64,000 bases of DNA from Felis catus (Eukaryota): positions 41,852,001-41,916,000 of the forward strand of contig NC_058368.1 of NCBI RefSeq assembly GCF_018350175.1, given 5' to 3'. The translations under genes and the position numbers were made by a program. The notes under the pieces were generated by a model. It worked only from the letters and a program-made list of their open reading frames with translations. It was not told where the DNA came from and made no database searches. Shown in pieces: positions 26,416 through 37,814 of the stretch. Every line of letters starts with the position of its first letter. Positions within the stretch are counted from its first letter, which is position 1.

Positions 26416-28106
26416 CCATCTTGTACCCTCATAACAACCATCCTGCTACTGTCAGAAGAATGTATAAAGCAATAAAAAAGAGAATGTGTGTTGGTTCAAG
26501 ATCTGGATTATTTTATGGTTCCCCAAAATTACATTTCTTTTTTTAAAATTATATTTCTTAATATAACATTTTTACTGATTTAAAATAGAAACATAGTTCA
26601 TCTTTGTCAGAAAGAAAAATGAATCTATGCTACAATTTTGCTTTGTTGATTTTCCTACTTGAAGTTATGGACTATGGACACCTGTCTCAATACTGAAAAT
26701 AATTCCAGAACTCTCATCTTTGAAAACCTTTTTTTCTAGTTAAAAACCTTCTAACTGAGTTTTACAGCTGAAGTGTCCAAGCCTGTTTTATTATTAGAAT
26801 TGTCTCAAACTCAGAAAGCACTAGATGGGAGGAAAGAATTTGAGAGCTACGTATTTATGCACTCCATATATTTTTTATAAATCCTGTGAGGGTTGATAAC
26901 CCTAAATAGTTTCCAAAAGTTTAAAACATCAGTGCATTATTGTTAGCTATTATATTCGAAACTATGATTCCTAGTTGTATTTAGTCCATTTACATACAAG
27001 TATGTGATCATGAACTTACAAATTTTTTTTCAGTATATTTTATACTTTTTTGGTTTTTTGTTTGATTTATTTACAGTAGCCCTTGAGGAACTTAAGCTGA
27101 CAATTGTATAGTCTAAGATATTAAACCACAGCAGCTTATTTAAGCTTCCTTTGGATTTCACAGAGATGCTAAGTCTTATAGAAAAAATCATATAGCTTAT
27201 GATTATTATCTATATGGAAAACTTTTAAGGTTATGTTGGTAGAGATTTTAACAAAAATATAAAGCAGGTATATAGCATAAAATTGAAAAAAATTAGCAGG
27301 CAAAAAGAACTGAAGTATTAACATTTGCCAGTTTTACTTTTAATAATCTGTCTAATATAAATATGAATGATAAATTAATAATAATGAAGGTATTATATGT
27401 TCTTTTAAAATTTCTACTGGCATATATACAGATAATCCACTTAGAAACATAAGTTAGAATTATTACAATGAATACTACTAATAAATGCATACTGAAACTA
27501 TACTTGTATATCTCTATTAAAATTCTATCAATAAGTCCTGCATAATACATTTATTAGAATTCATGTTGCAATGTAACTATTAATTTACTGCACACAATGT
27601 GATAAATGACAAAAGATGAGCCCTTCAAAATCATTCCGTATGTGTCATTAGCAATTCACTTCACATTCTTACCTATACAAAATATCTCCAACCACTTAGC
27701 TTTCTAAAGAGAGCCCAGTTCAACTTATTAATATCTTTATTTAAATGCAGATTTTGACTTTTCCTTGGGGACTAGTAAAGCTTCTCCCATAATGTTGCAA
27801 AGAGAAGAGCAAAGTTTCATTCATATAGTATCCATAAAAGAAACAGATCTGGCTCTTTATCTCCTATGAATATGTAGACTATATGTTTGCATAGGTTTTC
27901 CATTTAGCACTGCCATAAATAAGTGTCTTAATAAAAGATACAAAATCCTTAACTCTTTCATCTCGATGTGCACATACCAATCACAACTTTTAATGACCAT
28001 CCAATCTTAAAAGATCAAAATAAAATTTCCATTTATTTAGCTTTTATTTAACATCAACATTTAAGGAAATTGGATATGACAATCAACATATTCAGCATAT
28101 TACTAT

Positions 28107-28250
28107 AAACCTAGGCATAGATAATCTGTGGATATTTTTATTATCATGACCAAATTTATTATCATGACCAAACCTAGGCATAGATAATCTCTGGATATTT
28201 TTATTATCATGACCAAATTTTTATTATCATGACCAAATATTATCATGCAA
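28107..28250. repeat. Nested tandem duplication: a 63-bp unit x2 containing ~17-bp subunits
   Basis: aaacctaggcatagataatct(g/c)tggatatttttattatcatgaccaaa starts at 28107 and 28170. tattatcatg occurs 5 times. Confidence 0.95.
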
Positions 28251-30534
28251 AACCACAAGTTTGCATCCATTTATCATTTTGGCTTATCCATCTGCATGGG
28301 CAAACATTGTATGACTCAGGAAACACAGCTCCATGGTGCATAGTACATAAAGACAGTCCCCAGGGAATAAGATGGCCCTTATTTCTCTGAGTTCATACAG
28401 ATGTTAGATGTTATGAAGACATGATTTAAACAGATAAAATGAGAAAACCACAGAAAAACATAGAGATTCACTTCTAACATCTGACGTACGTACTAATCTG
28501 AAACTATATATAGTAGACTGAACTGTAAATGATAACATAAGTTATATTAAGCACCAGTACGTATTTGCTGAATTGAAAATTTGAAAGGTCTATGTAGTCA
28601 ATATTTGGCCATAAGGGTCTTTACTATTCATAGAAGAAAACATTAAGTAAAGTAAAAATCATAAAAATTATGGAATAAAATACACCAAAATACAAGCATA
28701 TCAATAATAGTTATTGAGTAGGATTAAAATGCAACATAAATTTAGGTTTAATATGCAGAAATTTTACTTCAATAAATTATTTAAATGACTGGAGTTGAAA
28801 GGTAAATGGGATTGATATTTCTTGGCTCATCACCGTGTATCCCAGAATCAACACGCGATTCTTAGACTAGTAGTTATCACACTTAACCCTCTATCTTTTT
28901 TATCCAGAGTTGAAATTTCAGAGTTCTGAAATGTTTGTCCCTATGGTTTATGTTCTTAGTACTAATGAATTCTGAGGTGGAATGGAAGACATTACCTAGA
29001 GTCTCCTTGAAAGAGTTTCATTGCCATCCCAAAGAATAATTGAAACTTGCCTACATCTACAATTTTTTCCTATGGGTAAATATCATCCTGAAACACTATA
29101 TCACAACAGATAGGTAGAAAATATAACCTACCAAGTTAGATGATGTGTGAAGACTCTCAGACTGCTAAAGAAGATGAATTCTATAAAATTTCGAAGGAAA
29201 GGAGACTGCTGAGTATAACAAGATGCTTTTTTCATTATACAAGTGTTATATGCTTATGGCATAAAGAAACGCATTTGTTGTTGGTTGTGGAGACTATCTA
29301 GATACAAGATTAGCAAATATCTGCCAGTTTTGCTAAAAGAGACCATATGTATAAAGCACACTTGTTGGCACATAGTAGATGCGCAGAATATGTTAATCAC
29401 CTTCTTACACCCCTGCTGTCACTGTGACTTGAAAATAGGTTTGCAAAAAACATGTTTCTTTATAAGGGTTTTTTTATCATGATATTTTACGACATGCTAT
29501 TCAATTCATAAACAATAAGTTTTAAAACTTCTATATTCTCATAGATGTCTAAATTCATCCATTCTGAGATGAGCCATTTGGAACTAGCATACTAGTTTTT
29601 GCAACTTTCCAATTTTTTCTGCATGAATATATTCCTTTTCTCCCATCTTCCCTTTCACTACACTTTCTTATCTTTATTCTACCTACATTCACACAAGGTA
29701 GATGAAAGAGAATGCAATAAACATATATTTGATATGAGCTCTACTTAGTAAGGTGCCCTCAAAATGGCCTCCTGTCAGGATAGAAAATCCTCAGCTCACC
29801 ACTGAAGTCCTAACAGCCGCATGCACAGAAAGGGAGGTTTAATGCTTACTTAGTCACAATGAACTGTGAACATTAGTTCAACTTAAATACTACGATAAAG
29901 CATTAGCACCAGATGGTCTTTCTCTTTCTCTCTCTCTGATTTCAAGTGCCTCAGTTCACCTCCAAGTCTCTTCCACAACTGAGCCCTGTCTCCTGACTCT
30001 TCCCTTTTCCTTTATATTTTACTGTCTTTGAGTTAACTCTTCAAGTGTTCTGCCCTTTTAGGTTTTATGTCGTTTTTTTTTTCCCTTTCGGTCCGCAGCC
30101 TTCTTCAATGAGCCCCTCACTTGCTGAGAACTGGGTTCTCTTTCGGTTTTTAAAAACCTTCTCAAAATTTGTTCCAAAGACAAATGCCCTACAACTTTAC
30201 CGTGACCTCACTTAAAACACACACATAGCTTTATGAAGTCAAAAAATTAGTTCTTTGCTCAAATATTCTTGATGCAGCCCAGGAGTTTGTTCTGCATCTG
30301 TCCACTCTCAGGTACAAATTCAAAATACTATCACTATTTACCCAAAATCTTCTCCCCCCCCCCCCAACAGGAGAGTTGTATTTTTTAAATCACTAAAATA
30401 TTATATACCATTAACATTACCCAAGTTATTAGGCTAGGTTACATAAAGACAGATAAAACATAATTTTGTTATAAAAAGAATTGTCAATAGAATTACTATT
30501 ATATGCATTCAGTGAGATGTTCCAATCTTGTTTT

Positions 30535-30755
30535 TTTAAACAAATTTTTTTAATGTTTATTTTTGAGAGAGAGAGACAGAATACAAATGGGGGAGGGGCA
30601 GAGAGAAAGAGGGAGACACAGAATCTGAAGCAGGCTCCAGGTTCCAGACTCCTAGCTGTCAGCACAGAGCCCCACATGGGGGGATCTCACGAACCGCAAG
30701 GTCATTACCTGAGTTGAAGTCAGACGCTTAACAGAATGAGCCAACCAGGCACCCC
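30535..30755 (-). mobile_element. Can-SINE (SINEC_Fc2-like)
   Basis: Antisense body ending gagccaaccaggcacccc. Partial TSD tcttgtt. Confidence 0.96.
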
Positions 30756-31539
30756 AGTCTTGTTATTATATTTGACAATCCTAATTAATTATAACTATAT
30801 TAAAATATTATCAGATTAAGCAAAATGTTATCATAAATACTTTTTAAATAAAATAAGTATATATTTTTAATATTGGAGATGAGTTATATTTCAAAAATTT
30901 AAAAGATTTTAATAACAACATCTCTGCTGCAAAGTGGATTTAATGTATACCTCTTAGATGTTAGTGCTATGAAACCCAGTAAATGGGATGCTTGCTTCTT
31001 TCTCATATCACCTAAGAAAAGTATTTTTTTAGGGGTTGACATTATATTTTTAATGTAAAACATGATTTTATTCATTAACTTCAATGTCCTTCCTAACTAA
31101 ATCTGTCAGCAAATCCAAAAAGATTAGTTTGACTCAGTAATGATGGACTTATTTTATTATCATAAATTAGGAAACTACAAGTGTCTTTTGGAGACTAATA
31201 CCTGAAAATATTGTCAGGAAAGAAGGTACAACATTAATTTGATGATACCGGTCGATATTACTTCAACCCTCCATTTGTCAGATAAATATCTCTGTGTAAA
31301 ACACCACTTCTTGGATGCAAAGATCCTTAGACCATATCCATTTAAATAAGCAGGTAGAATATGGGTAACTCAGTTTTGTTAGCTTTCTTAAGAGTTATTA
31401 TTCAATGATATGGATTATAGAGCAAATAATTCAGTAGTCATTTTACTGAAATAATTAACTCTATTTCATTTATGTCAGTCATTAGGAAGAAAGCAAAGTA
31501 TGAATTTTGACATGAACAGAGAGGGTCTTCAGTGTGTGT

Positions 31540-31542
<3 letters not shown>

Positions 31543-31584
<42 letters not shown>
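31543..31584. repeat. (TG)n microsatellite
   Basis: 21 TG units. Confidence 0.98.
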
Positions 31585-31587
<3 letters not shown>

Positions 31588-31639
31588 TAAAACAATATCA
31601 TAAGGCCATACATTTTATTAGGAAAGATTTGGTTAGAAG

Positions 31640-31850
31640 CAGATACTCTAGTCAGACACACCTAAAAGCTCTGGATGTCACCTATTTATAAGCTATGTGA
31701 CTTAGACACCTTACTCTCTGAACCTGTTTTCCCATCTATAAAACTAAGTAATAACAATACCTGATTAAGAGGATTAGTGTGCGGATTAAATGGGTTCATA
31801 ACACTCAAGAACTTTACAGTGTGCATTTCATATCTGCTAATGTTGTGACT
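31640..31850 (+). mobile_element. MIR
   Basis: agctatgtgacttag...ctctctgaacctgttttcccatctataaaa...ggattaaatg. Confidence 0.75.
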
Positions 31851-31989
31851 AGTTATGATTATGATCTGATTTATGGGAATTTGTGCTTACCTAAATTAAA
31901 TGAGATTTGATGCTTACATAAATTATATGAGATTGGAGATGGATTATAGGCCAGTTACAGATATGAAAGAAGAGCTAGCCAGCAAATAT

Positions 31990-32445
31990 CCCAGGCTTGG
32001 ATGATCTCTACTGTAACTGGCTATATGACGTTTGGTAAACTGCTTTATTTTTCTGTGCTTTGGTCCCTCATTTGAAAAGCAGGGATAACAATAGTACCTA
32101 TCTGGGGCTGTTTGTGAAGATTAAAAGAATTACCATGTAGGGGCGCCTGGGTGGCTCAGTCAGTCGGGCATCCAACTTCAGCTCAGGTCATGATCTCACA
32201 GTCTGTGAGTTCAAGCCCCGCGTCGGGCTCTGTGCTGACAGCTCGGAGCCTGGAGCCTGCTTTGGATTCTGTGTCTCCCTCTCTCTCTGCCCCTCCCCTG
32301 CTCATGCTCTCTCTCTGTCTCAAAATAAATAAAAACATTAAAAAAAATGTACTCCCTGCAGTAGCATTAAAGATCTACTGTTATTTAAAAAAAAAAAGAA
32401 TTACCATGTAAAACATTAATTATAGCACCTGGCATATAAGTTTTC
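31990..32445 (+). mobile_element. MIR split by the SINE at 32140
   Basis: ctggctatatgacgtttggtaaa...gggataacaatagtacctat...gtgaagattaaa, then after the SINE: aaacattaattatagcacctggcatata. Confidence 0.8.
32140..32393 (+). mobile_element. Can-SINE (SINEC_Fc2-like) with extra 3' segment
   Basis: Full body. Perfect 17-bp TSD aaaagaattaccatgta at 32123-32139 and 32394-32410. Confidence 0.98.
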
Positions 32446-32476
32446 CAGCAAACCATACTGAATCATTTTCCTCCAG

Positions 32477-32531
<55 letters not shown>
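32477..32531. repeat. (TA)n microsatellite
   Basis: Seen directly. Confidence 0.97.
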
Positions 32532-32533
<2 letters not shown>

Positions 32534-33058
32534 CAAAATAACAAGAAAAATCATGCTCCATCCATCCACTTAAAATATAAAAATGGGGCTTATTTTACAT
32601 AAACTTATAATTCTTTTTAGCATGACCTTATATGACCATGAAACTATGAACGGATTATTATGAGAAACTATGTTGTCAGTTAAAACATCTGTTTTGTGAA
32701 ATCAGTTTCAAACAGCACAACACAATGCTGAATTACTCAAAGTTAATTGTAGATCCAATTACAAATGTTTGTCTCTGAAAAAGTAATCAACAATTGTAAT
32801 CTATCTTCTTTTACCCTATGCCTTAAATTAAGCAAAATGTAAAATCTCCACTTCTTTAAGAGAATTGAAAGATATCTAAAGCAATTGGTTACCAATATTC
32901 AGGTCCATCTACAAAGCTACTTTGAATAGTACTTCTATAAATGAAGACTTCAAAACTTGCAGTAGGACCAAAGCCTTTTTTCTCCATCTCAGTTTCATGT
33001 TTATTGAAGCCAAATTGAATTTGCTGATCATATCGGAAATAAATCCTTACTGACTCTC

Positions 33059-33065
33059 AAAAAAA

Positions 33066-33117
<52 letters not shown>

Positions 33118-33121
33118 AAAA
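33059..33121. repeat. (AAAG)n microsatellite
   Basis: About 13 units following an A-run. Confidence 0.97.
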
Positions 33122-33191
33122 GATATCCAAAGCAAAATCCATTAACAAAGACATTTCAGGAAATATTGAAAAAAAATCACAAGTCATTAAA

Positions 33192-33195
<4 letters not shown>

Positions 33196-33243
<48 letters not shown>
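33196..33243. repeat. (AC)n microsatellite
   Basis: About 24 units. Confidence 0.98.
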
Positions 33244-33246
<3 letters not shown>

Positions 33247-33359
33247 TGCAAAATAAAGCACAAATACAAAGTTGATAAGTGACTCAATTCAGTATATAAA
33301 CCAAAATCTGTAAACCCAACTGACGTAATCTTTTCTTCTACTTGCAGATAGTAAGGGGG

Positions 33360-33898
33360 AGATTATTAGTTTGGAATGTTCTCAGCTTCAAGCAATAGCA
33401 ACACAGTTTCTAACTGTGACCTGAGCAATGAAGGCATCAATATCCCACAGAGCAAGATGGCTGGTGAGAAGACAAATGATGGAGCTACAGCTCAACAATG
33501 TCTGCAAGGGCCAGTCTCTTTCTACTTTTCTCTCTGCCATTTTTGGCAGTTGGTCTTTTGACCTGATGTTTGTCATTTTAGTCTCCCAATACAGCTACTT
33601 CAGCTCCAGGAATAGCATCTAAAAGCAGTCTCAGCCACTGCTGTCCATTTCCAGTAGACTTCTCTTCATTCCTTACTGATCTGAAGTGGGTCACTCTACC
33701 ATCCCTAGCTACAGTGAGGCTGAGAAATTAAGTGCCTGACAAAATGAAATCAAATTTTCATGATAATCTTATACAAATCATGATTTATCACATAATTCCG
33801 GGTATACTGCCACCACAAATTGAGTCATGCTCTGCAAGCAAGGAAGAAAGGTACCTATGAGATGGATATTGGTTGTGCAAATCCAAGCATCTACAACA
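33360..33898 (-). mobile_element. Old ERVL-MaLR solo LTR (MLT1K/L-like)
   Basis: attagtttggaatgttctcagcttcaagcaatag start; cagctcaacaatgtc, gtgggtcac...ccctagctacagtgaggctgagaaa; end atggatattgg...gcatctacaaca. Confidence 0.7.
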
Positions 33899-33909
33899 AA
33901 CAGTTATTT

Positions 33910-33941
33910 CAACAGCAGCAGCAGCAGCGGCAGCAGCAGCA
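33910..33941. repeat. (CAG)n imperfect trinucleotide repeat
   Basis: caacagcagcagcagcagcggcagcagcagca. Confidence 0.9.
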
Positions 33942-34848
33942 TTTGTATTACAATGGCATGATTTATTTTCCTCTTACTTTTCTTCTAGTTAGATCTCTCC
34001 AAATACTCAGTTAATTCTGAGAATTTGCCAACACTCTTGGGCAAAAAAATTATTCTTACTAGGACAAAGTCAAGTGAAACATCCAACCTGCATCGTTGAG
34101 GCAAACAATATGAAATAATCTTGAAATACAATTTTATGATGCTTACAGAATAAATGGTTCTGGATAATATTGTAAGGGCCTTCTGGCTGTCTCACTTCTC
34201 CTGGCTGTTGGTATCCTCCCACACATACTAAGCCCCACTGTGTTTCTCTTAAACCTGTGGACACTACAGAGAGTTTTTGCTATAAAGAAGAATATCAACC
34301 AGATGACTGAATATAGAAAAATTGTTCTTTGTGATTCATGTTCTAAAGAGTCTACAATCGATTTGGAAATTGTTAATTTGTCTGAAATGCACAGAAGAGA
34401 GATGTACAGTTACATCTGAATGTTTGCCTTCAAACATTTTTAATGATTGCTTGAAAGTAATTATGAGCCTCTGATTAGAGAATATACTCAAAACTACACT
34501 GCACTGTCACTTTCTTTTATTAAACTTTTGTCTCATGGAAACAATTGTATACCCCACAGGAATTACAGATCAAACATACTATGGGTAGAGAAGGAGATAG
34601 TTGTGTCAATATTTTTATTTAAAAGGACAACTAATGTAGGCAGGTCAAAAGTCAAGTTTATCATTACCATAACTGTGTCACCATAGCAATCTCCTGAAAA
34701 GTGAAGAAAGTTCTATTTTTCTCTCATTAGGAAATTCATTTAATGAAGGAATAAATTTTTACACAAGATTTTAGAGAATAGTAAGAGAGCTAGCATACAT
34801 AATTTGTTACAAGGCTAACTTAACATGATCTAAGCCTCTAGTGTCAGT

Positions 34849-34978
34849 AAAGGAAATTTTAGAGGCCATCTCATTCATGAACATAGATACCTTGATCTTA
34901 ATCAAAATATTAGCAACTCTCACCCAGAAATACATAAGGTTACATCATGACCTAACTGGGTTATTCCAAGAACACAAC
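34849..34978 (+). mobile_element. L1 ORF2 RT-region fragment
   Basis: Degenerate match to [22 protein letters not shown]...HHDQVGFIP (ggccatctcattcatgaacatagatac...aaaatattagcaa...catcatgacc). Confidence 0.75.
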
Positions 34979-35695
34979 ATTATATAAAAAAGAAAAACCT
35001 ATCTGACACCACCTCCAACATAAGAAAACTCTCATCACCAGCACACATATACATATGTTCATTGCATATATATAAAAGCAAGGAAAAAGTCATTTTATTA
35101 AAAAAATACATTTAAAAACTGAACAGCCATATGGTCCAGCAATTCCACTTCTGGGTATATATCTGAAGGAAATGCCATCACTATCTTGAAGAGATATCTG
35201 TACTCTCAGGTTCATTCCAGCATTATTCACAAGGGCCAAGTTATGGTAACATCCTAAGTGTCTAATGAAAGATGAATGGATAAAGAGAAGGTGATAAATC
35301 TGCAGCTGTCAATAGACAGGTTGTTTCCATGCCTTGACTATATATACAAAATGGAATATTATTCAGCAGTATATAATAAGGAAATCCAGCTATTGGTGAC
35401 AAAATGTATGAACCTTGAGGGCATTATGCTAAGTGAAAGATGTCACAAAAAGATAAATTATGCATTATCTCACTTATATGTGGAATCTAAAAAAGTCAAA
35501 CTCAAGACAGAAAGTAGATTGGTGGTCAGGAGCTAGGCAGTAAAGGAAATGAGCAGATGTTGGTCAAAGCATACAAACTTCCAGTTATAAGATGAATAAG
35601 TTCTGGGGATCTAATGTACAGCATGGTGATTATAATCAACAATAATGTATGGTAAATTTGAAAGCTGCTAAGAGGATAGATCTTAATCTTCTCAT

Positions 35696-35803
35696 CACAC
35701 ACACACACACACACACACACAGTGGTAACTTTATTGTAGTAATCATTATATACATATATATATATAATATATATAATATACATGCACATACATGCACATT
35801 ATA

Positions 35804-35861
<58 letters not shown>
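35696..35861. repeat. (CA)n and long (TA)n microsatellites inside the L1 3'UTR
   Basis: Seen directly. Confidence 0.95.
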
Positions 35862-35862
<1 letters not shown>

Positions 35863-35881
35863 GGCCAGGTTATACACTTTA

Positions 35882-36056
35882 TTTTTTTTTTAATTTTTTT
35901 TCAATGTTTATTTATTTTTGAGACAGAGAGAGACAGAGCATGAACGGGGGATGGGCAGAGAGAGAGGGAGACACAGAATCGGAAACAGGCTCCAGGCTCT
36001 GAGCCATCAGCCCAGAGCCTGACGCGGGGCTCGAACTCACGGACCGCGAGATCGTG
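35882..36056 (-). mobile_element. 5'-truncated young felid Can-SINE (SINEC_Fc-like)
   Basis: CpG-rich body stops at ggaccgcgagatcgtg, lacking the A-box head present in the copies at 19535, 39347 and 60964. Confidence 0.96.
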
Positions 36057-36414
36057 TATACTTTAAACTTTCCCAAGGTCATATGTCAATATTAGATGGG
36101 AAAAAATTCCTCTTCTAAAAGTACTTTGGTATCTACATTTCTAACAGGAAAGGGCAATACAGTGCATTATTCTTAACCAGTATTCTCCTATAAAGTAACC
36201 CAAATTAGAAGAGAAAAAGAAAATTCCAGAAAAGTATATTTCTGGGTAGTTTTTAGCAACATACATGCAATCTAAGTAATTTTTTTATTAAATTACAATT
36301 ATTCCCCAGCTGTCTTGCCAATGATATTGAGAAACTCTCATGTAGACACCTATGTAGGATAGTTATATACTGCCTGGAAAATTTTACACCATGCTAATAT
36401 GCATGTACAGTGAC

Positions 36415-36620
36415 AGAGCACTAGGGTCATAGTATGGGAAGAGTGTGATCCGAATCCAGATATGGCTTTGGATTCAAATTCTGCCCTTGGGAGTATCACT
36501 TAACTCCTCTGAGACTTTTTTCTTTAACTATAAAACAACAACAATTATGTGAATATTTCATTCACTTGTTGTAAAACTCAAGTAGAATAAAACATATACT
36601 AGTGCTTTTTAAGATAAGAG
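36415..36620 (+). mobile_element. MIR
   Basis: ggattcaaattctgcc...tcacttaactcctctgagac...gttgtaaaactcaagtag. Confidence 0.6.
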
Positions 36621-37144
36621 GAGGTATAAAATATTTGTAATGTTTGAATAAAGGATGTATAGACATACACAGGTACCCTTTAAAGTTTTGCTCTAGTATT
36701 AAAAAATAAAATGTACCTGCAATTTGGATTATTTATGTGTTCACAAAATCAATTTTAAAACACTGATATCTGTCACTTTTTTTTCCCATTCTGCAAGAAA
36801 GTGAAGTAGAAGGGTGGATGATAAATTCTAAGGTGTTCAGCTCTGACAGTTAAATAGTATTCTTGAAAACCTGAAGTATAGCTTGGGGAAAATTTGAAAC
36901 TACTTTTGTTTTCTATTTCTTTAAAAAAGTAAAAAGCTGTGCCATGGAAACATGTCTAAAACTCATGGAATAACCTCGTCAAGACTAATTCTCTGCCTAA
37001 TTTCTTTATGTACTAGTCACTCTGAAATTCATTTTTAAAAGCTTATTCTTGAGGTGCAGAATTATTTTCATGCACCTGATGACTTATTTTGAGATTATGA
37101 ACCATTAGATTTACAAAATAATATGCTAGATGGTTTGAAGTAAA

Positions 37145-37275
37145 TTTCTTCATTTGGGAAACATTTACTGGATATCTACCATGTGCATATATTAGCCAAT
37201 CAGTTCTGAGTTCAAATTTAACAATATTAAATAAGACTTGGTCTTTGCATTCAAGAGCTCCTATATTCAAAAGAC
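37145..37275 (-). mobile_element. L2 3'-end fragment
   Basis: aaacatttactggatatctaccatgtgc...aataagacttggtctttgcattcaagagctc. Confidence 0.65.
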
Positions 37276-37289
37276 AAATAGGGAAAGGA

Positions 37290-37388
37290 GAGATGTATGT
37301 ACATATGAGTGTATATGATATACATGCATATGAATATATGTATATGTTATATATGTTTGCGTGTGTATGTATGTGCATGTGCATGTGC

Positions 37389-37434
<46 letters not shown>
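37290..37434. repeat. TA/TG-rich tract ending in perfect (TG)n
   Basis: Seen directly. Confidence 0.95.
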
Positions 37435-37436
<2 letters not shown>

Positions 37437-37702
37437 ATCAACCTGACAACCTCTAGTGATTGGATTGCCAGCCAATCAAATAAGGTTGGCACTGGCAACA
37501 TGTGTGTGGCTCATAATAACCCACTGGATTTTTAGCTAGTAGTGAAATGTCGTAAATGACCTAGAAAGCACGTATATGCCAGTAACCGCACATTATTAAA
37601 AACATTCTTTGGAATCATTAATGGTGTGCATATATATAAAAACTTTTCACAAGACTAATTTAGAAATTAATTAAACTTTATTTGTCTGATAGATGTATTT
37701 TT

Positions 37703-37814
37703 TCTTTTAAAGATTTTATTTTTTAAGTAATCTCTACACCCAACATGGGGCTTGAACTTAACAACCCAAGATCAAGAGTCGCATGTTCTACTGACTGAGC
37801 CAGCCAGGCACCCG
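37703..37814 (-). mobile_element. Short ancestral Can-SINE (SINEC_old-like, tRNA-like head only)
   Basis: aagtaatctctacacccaacatggggcttgaact...agatcaagagtcgcatg...gagccagccaggcaccc. TSD tgata(ga/tg)tgtattttt. Confidence 0.9.

Larger units (their letters stand above)
35110..36092 (+). mobile_element. L1 3' portion (L1MA9-like) with internal (CA)n/(TA)n expansions and a SINE insertion
   Basis: ccagcaattccacttctgggtatatatc; gttataagatgaataagttctggggatctaatgtacagcatggtga; gaaagctgctaagag; resumes after the SINE at ctttaaac...atatgtcaat. Confidence 0.9.

Noticed and set aside
28107..28250. Repeat-spacer-like pattern suggesting CRISPR
   Set aside because: The intervening sequences are themselves duplicated, the context is mammalian, and there are no cas genes.
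33820..34014. PolyQ-containing ORF
   Set aside because: A short CAG repeat at the edge of an LTR relic, with a non-ATG start and no exon evidence.
37703..37814. tRNA-like sequence
   Set aside because: Has an A-rich tail and TSD, and is diverged; a tRNA-derived SINE, not a tRNA gene.
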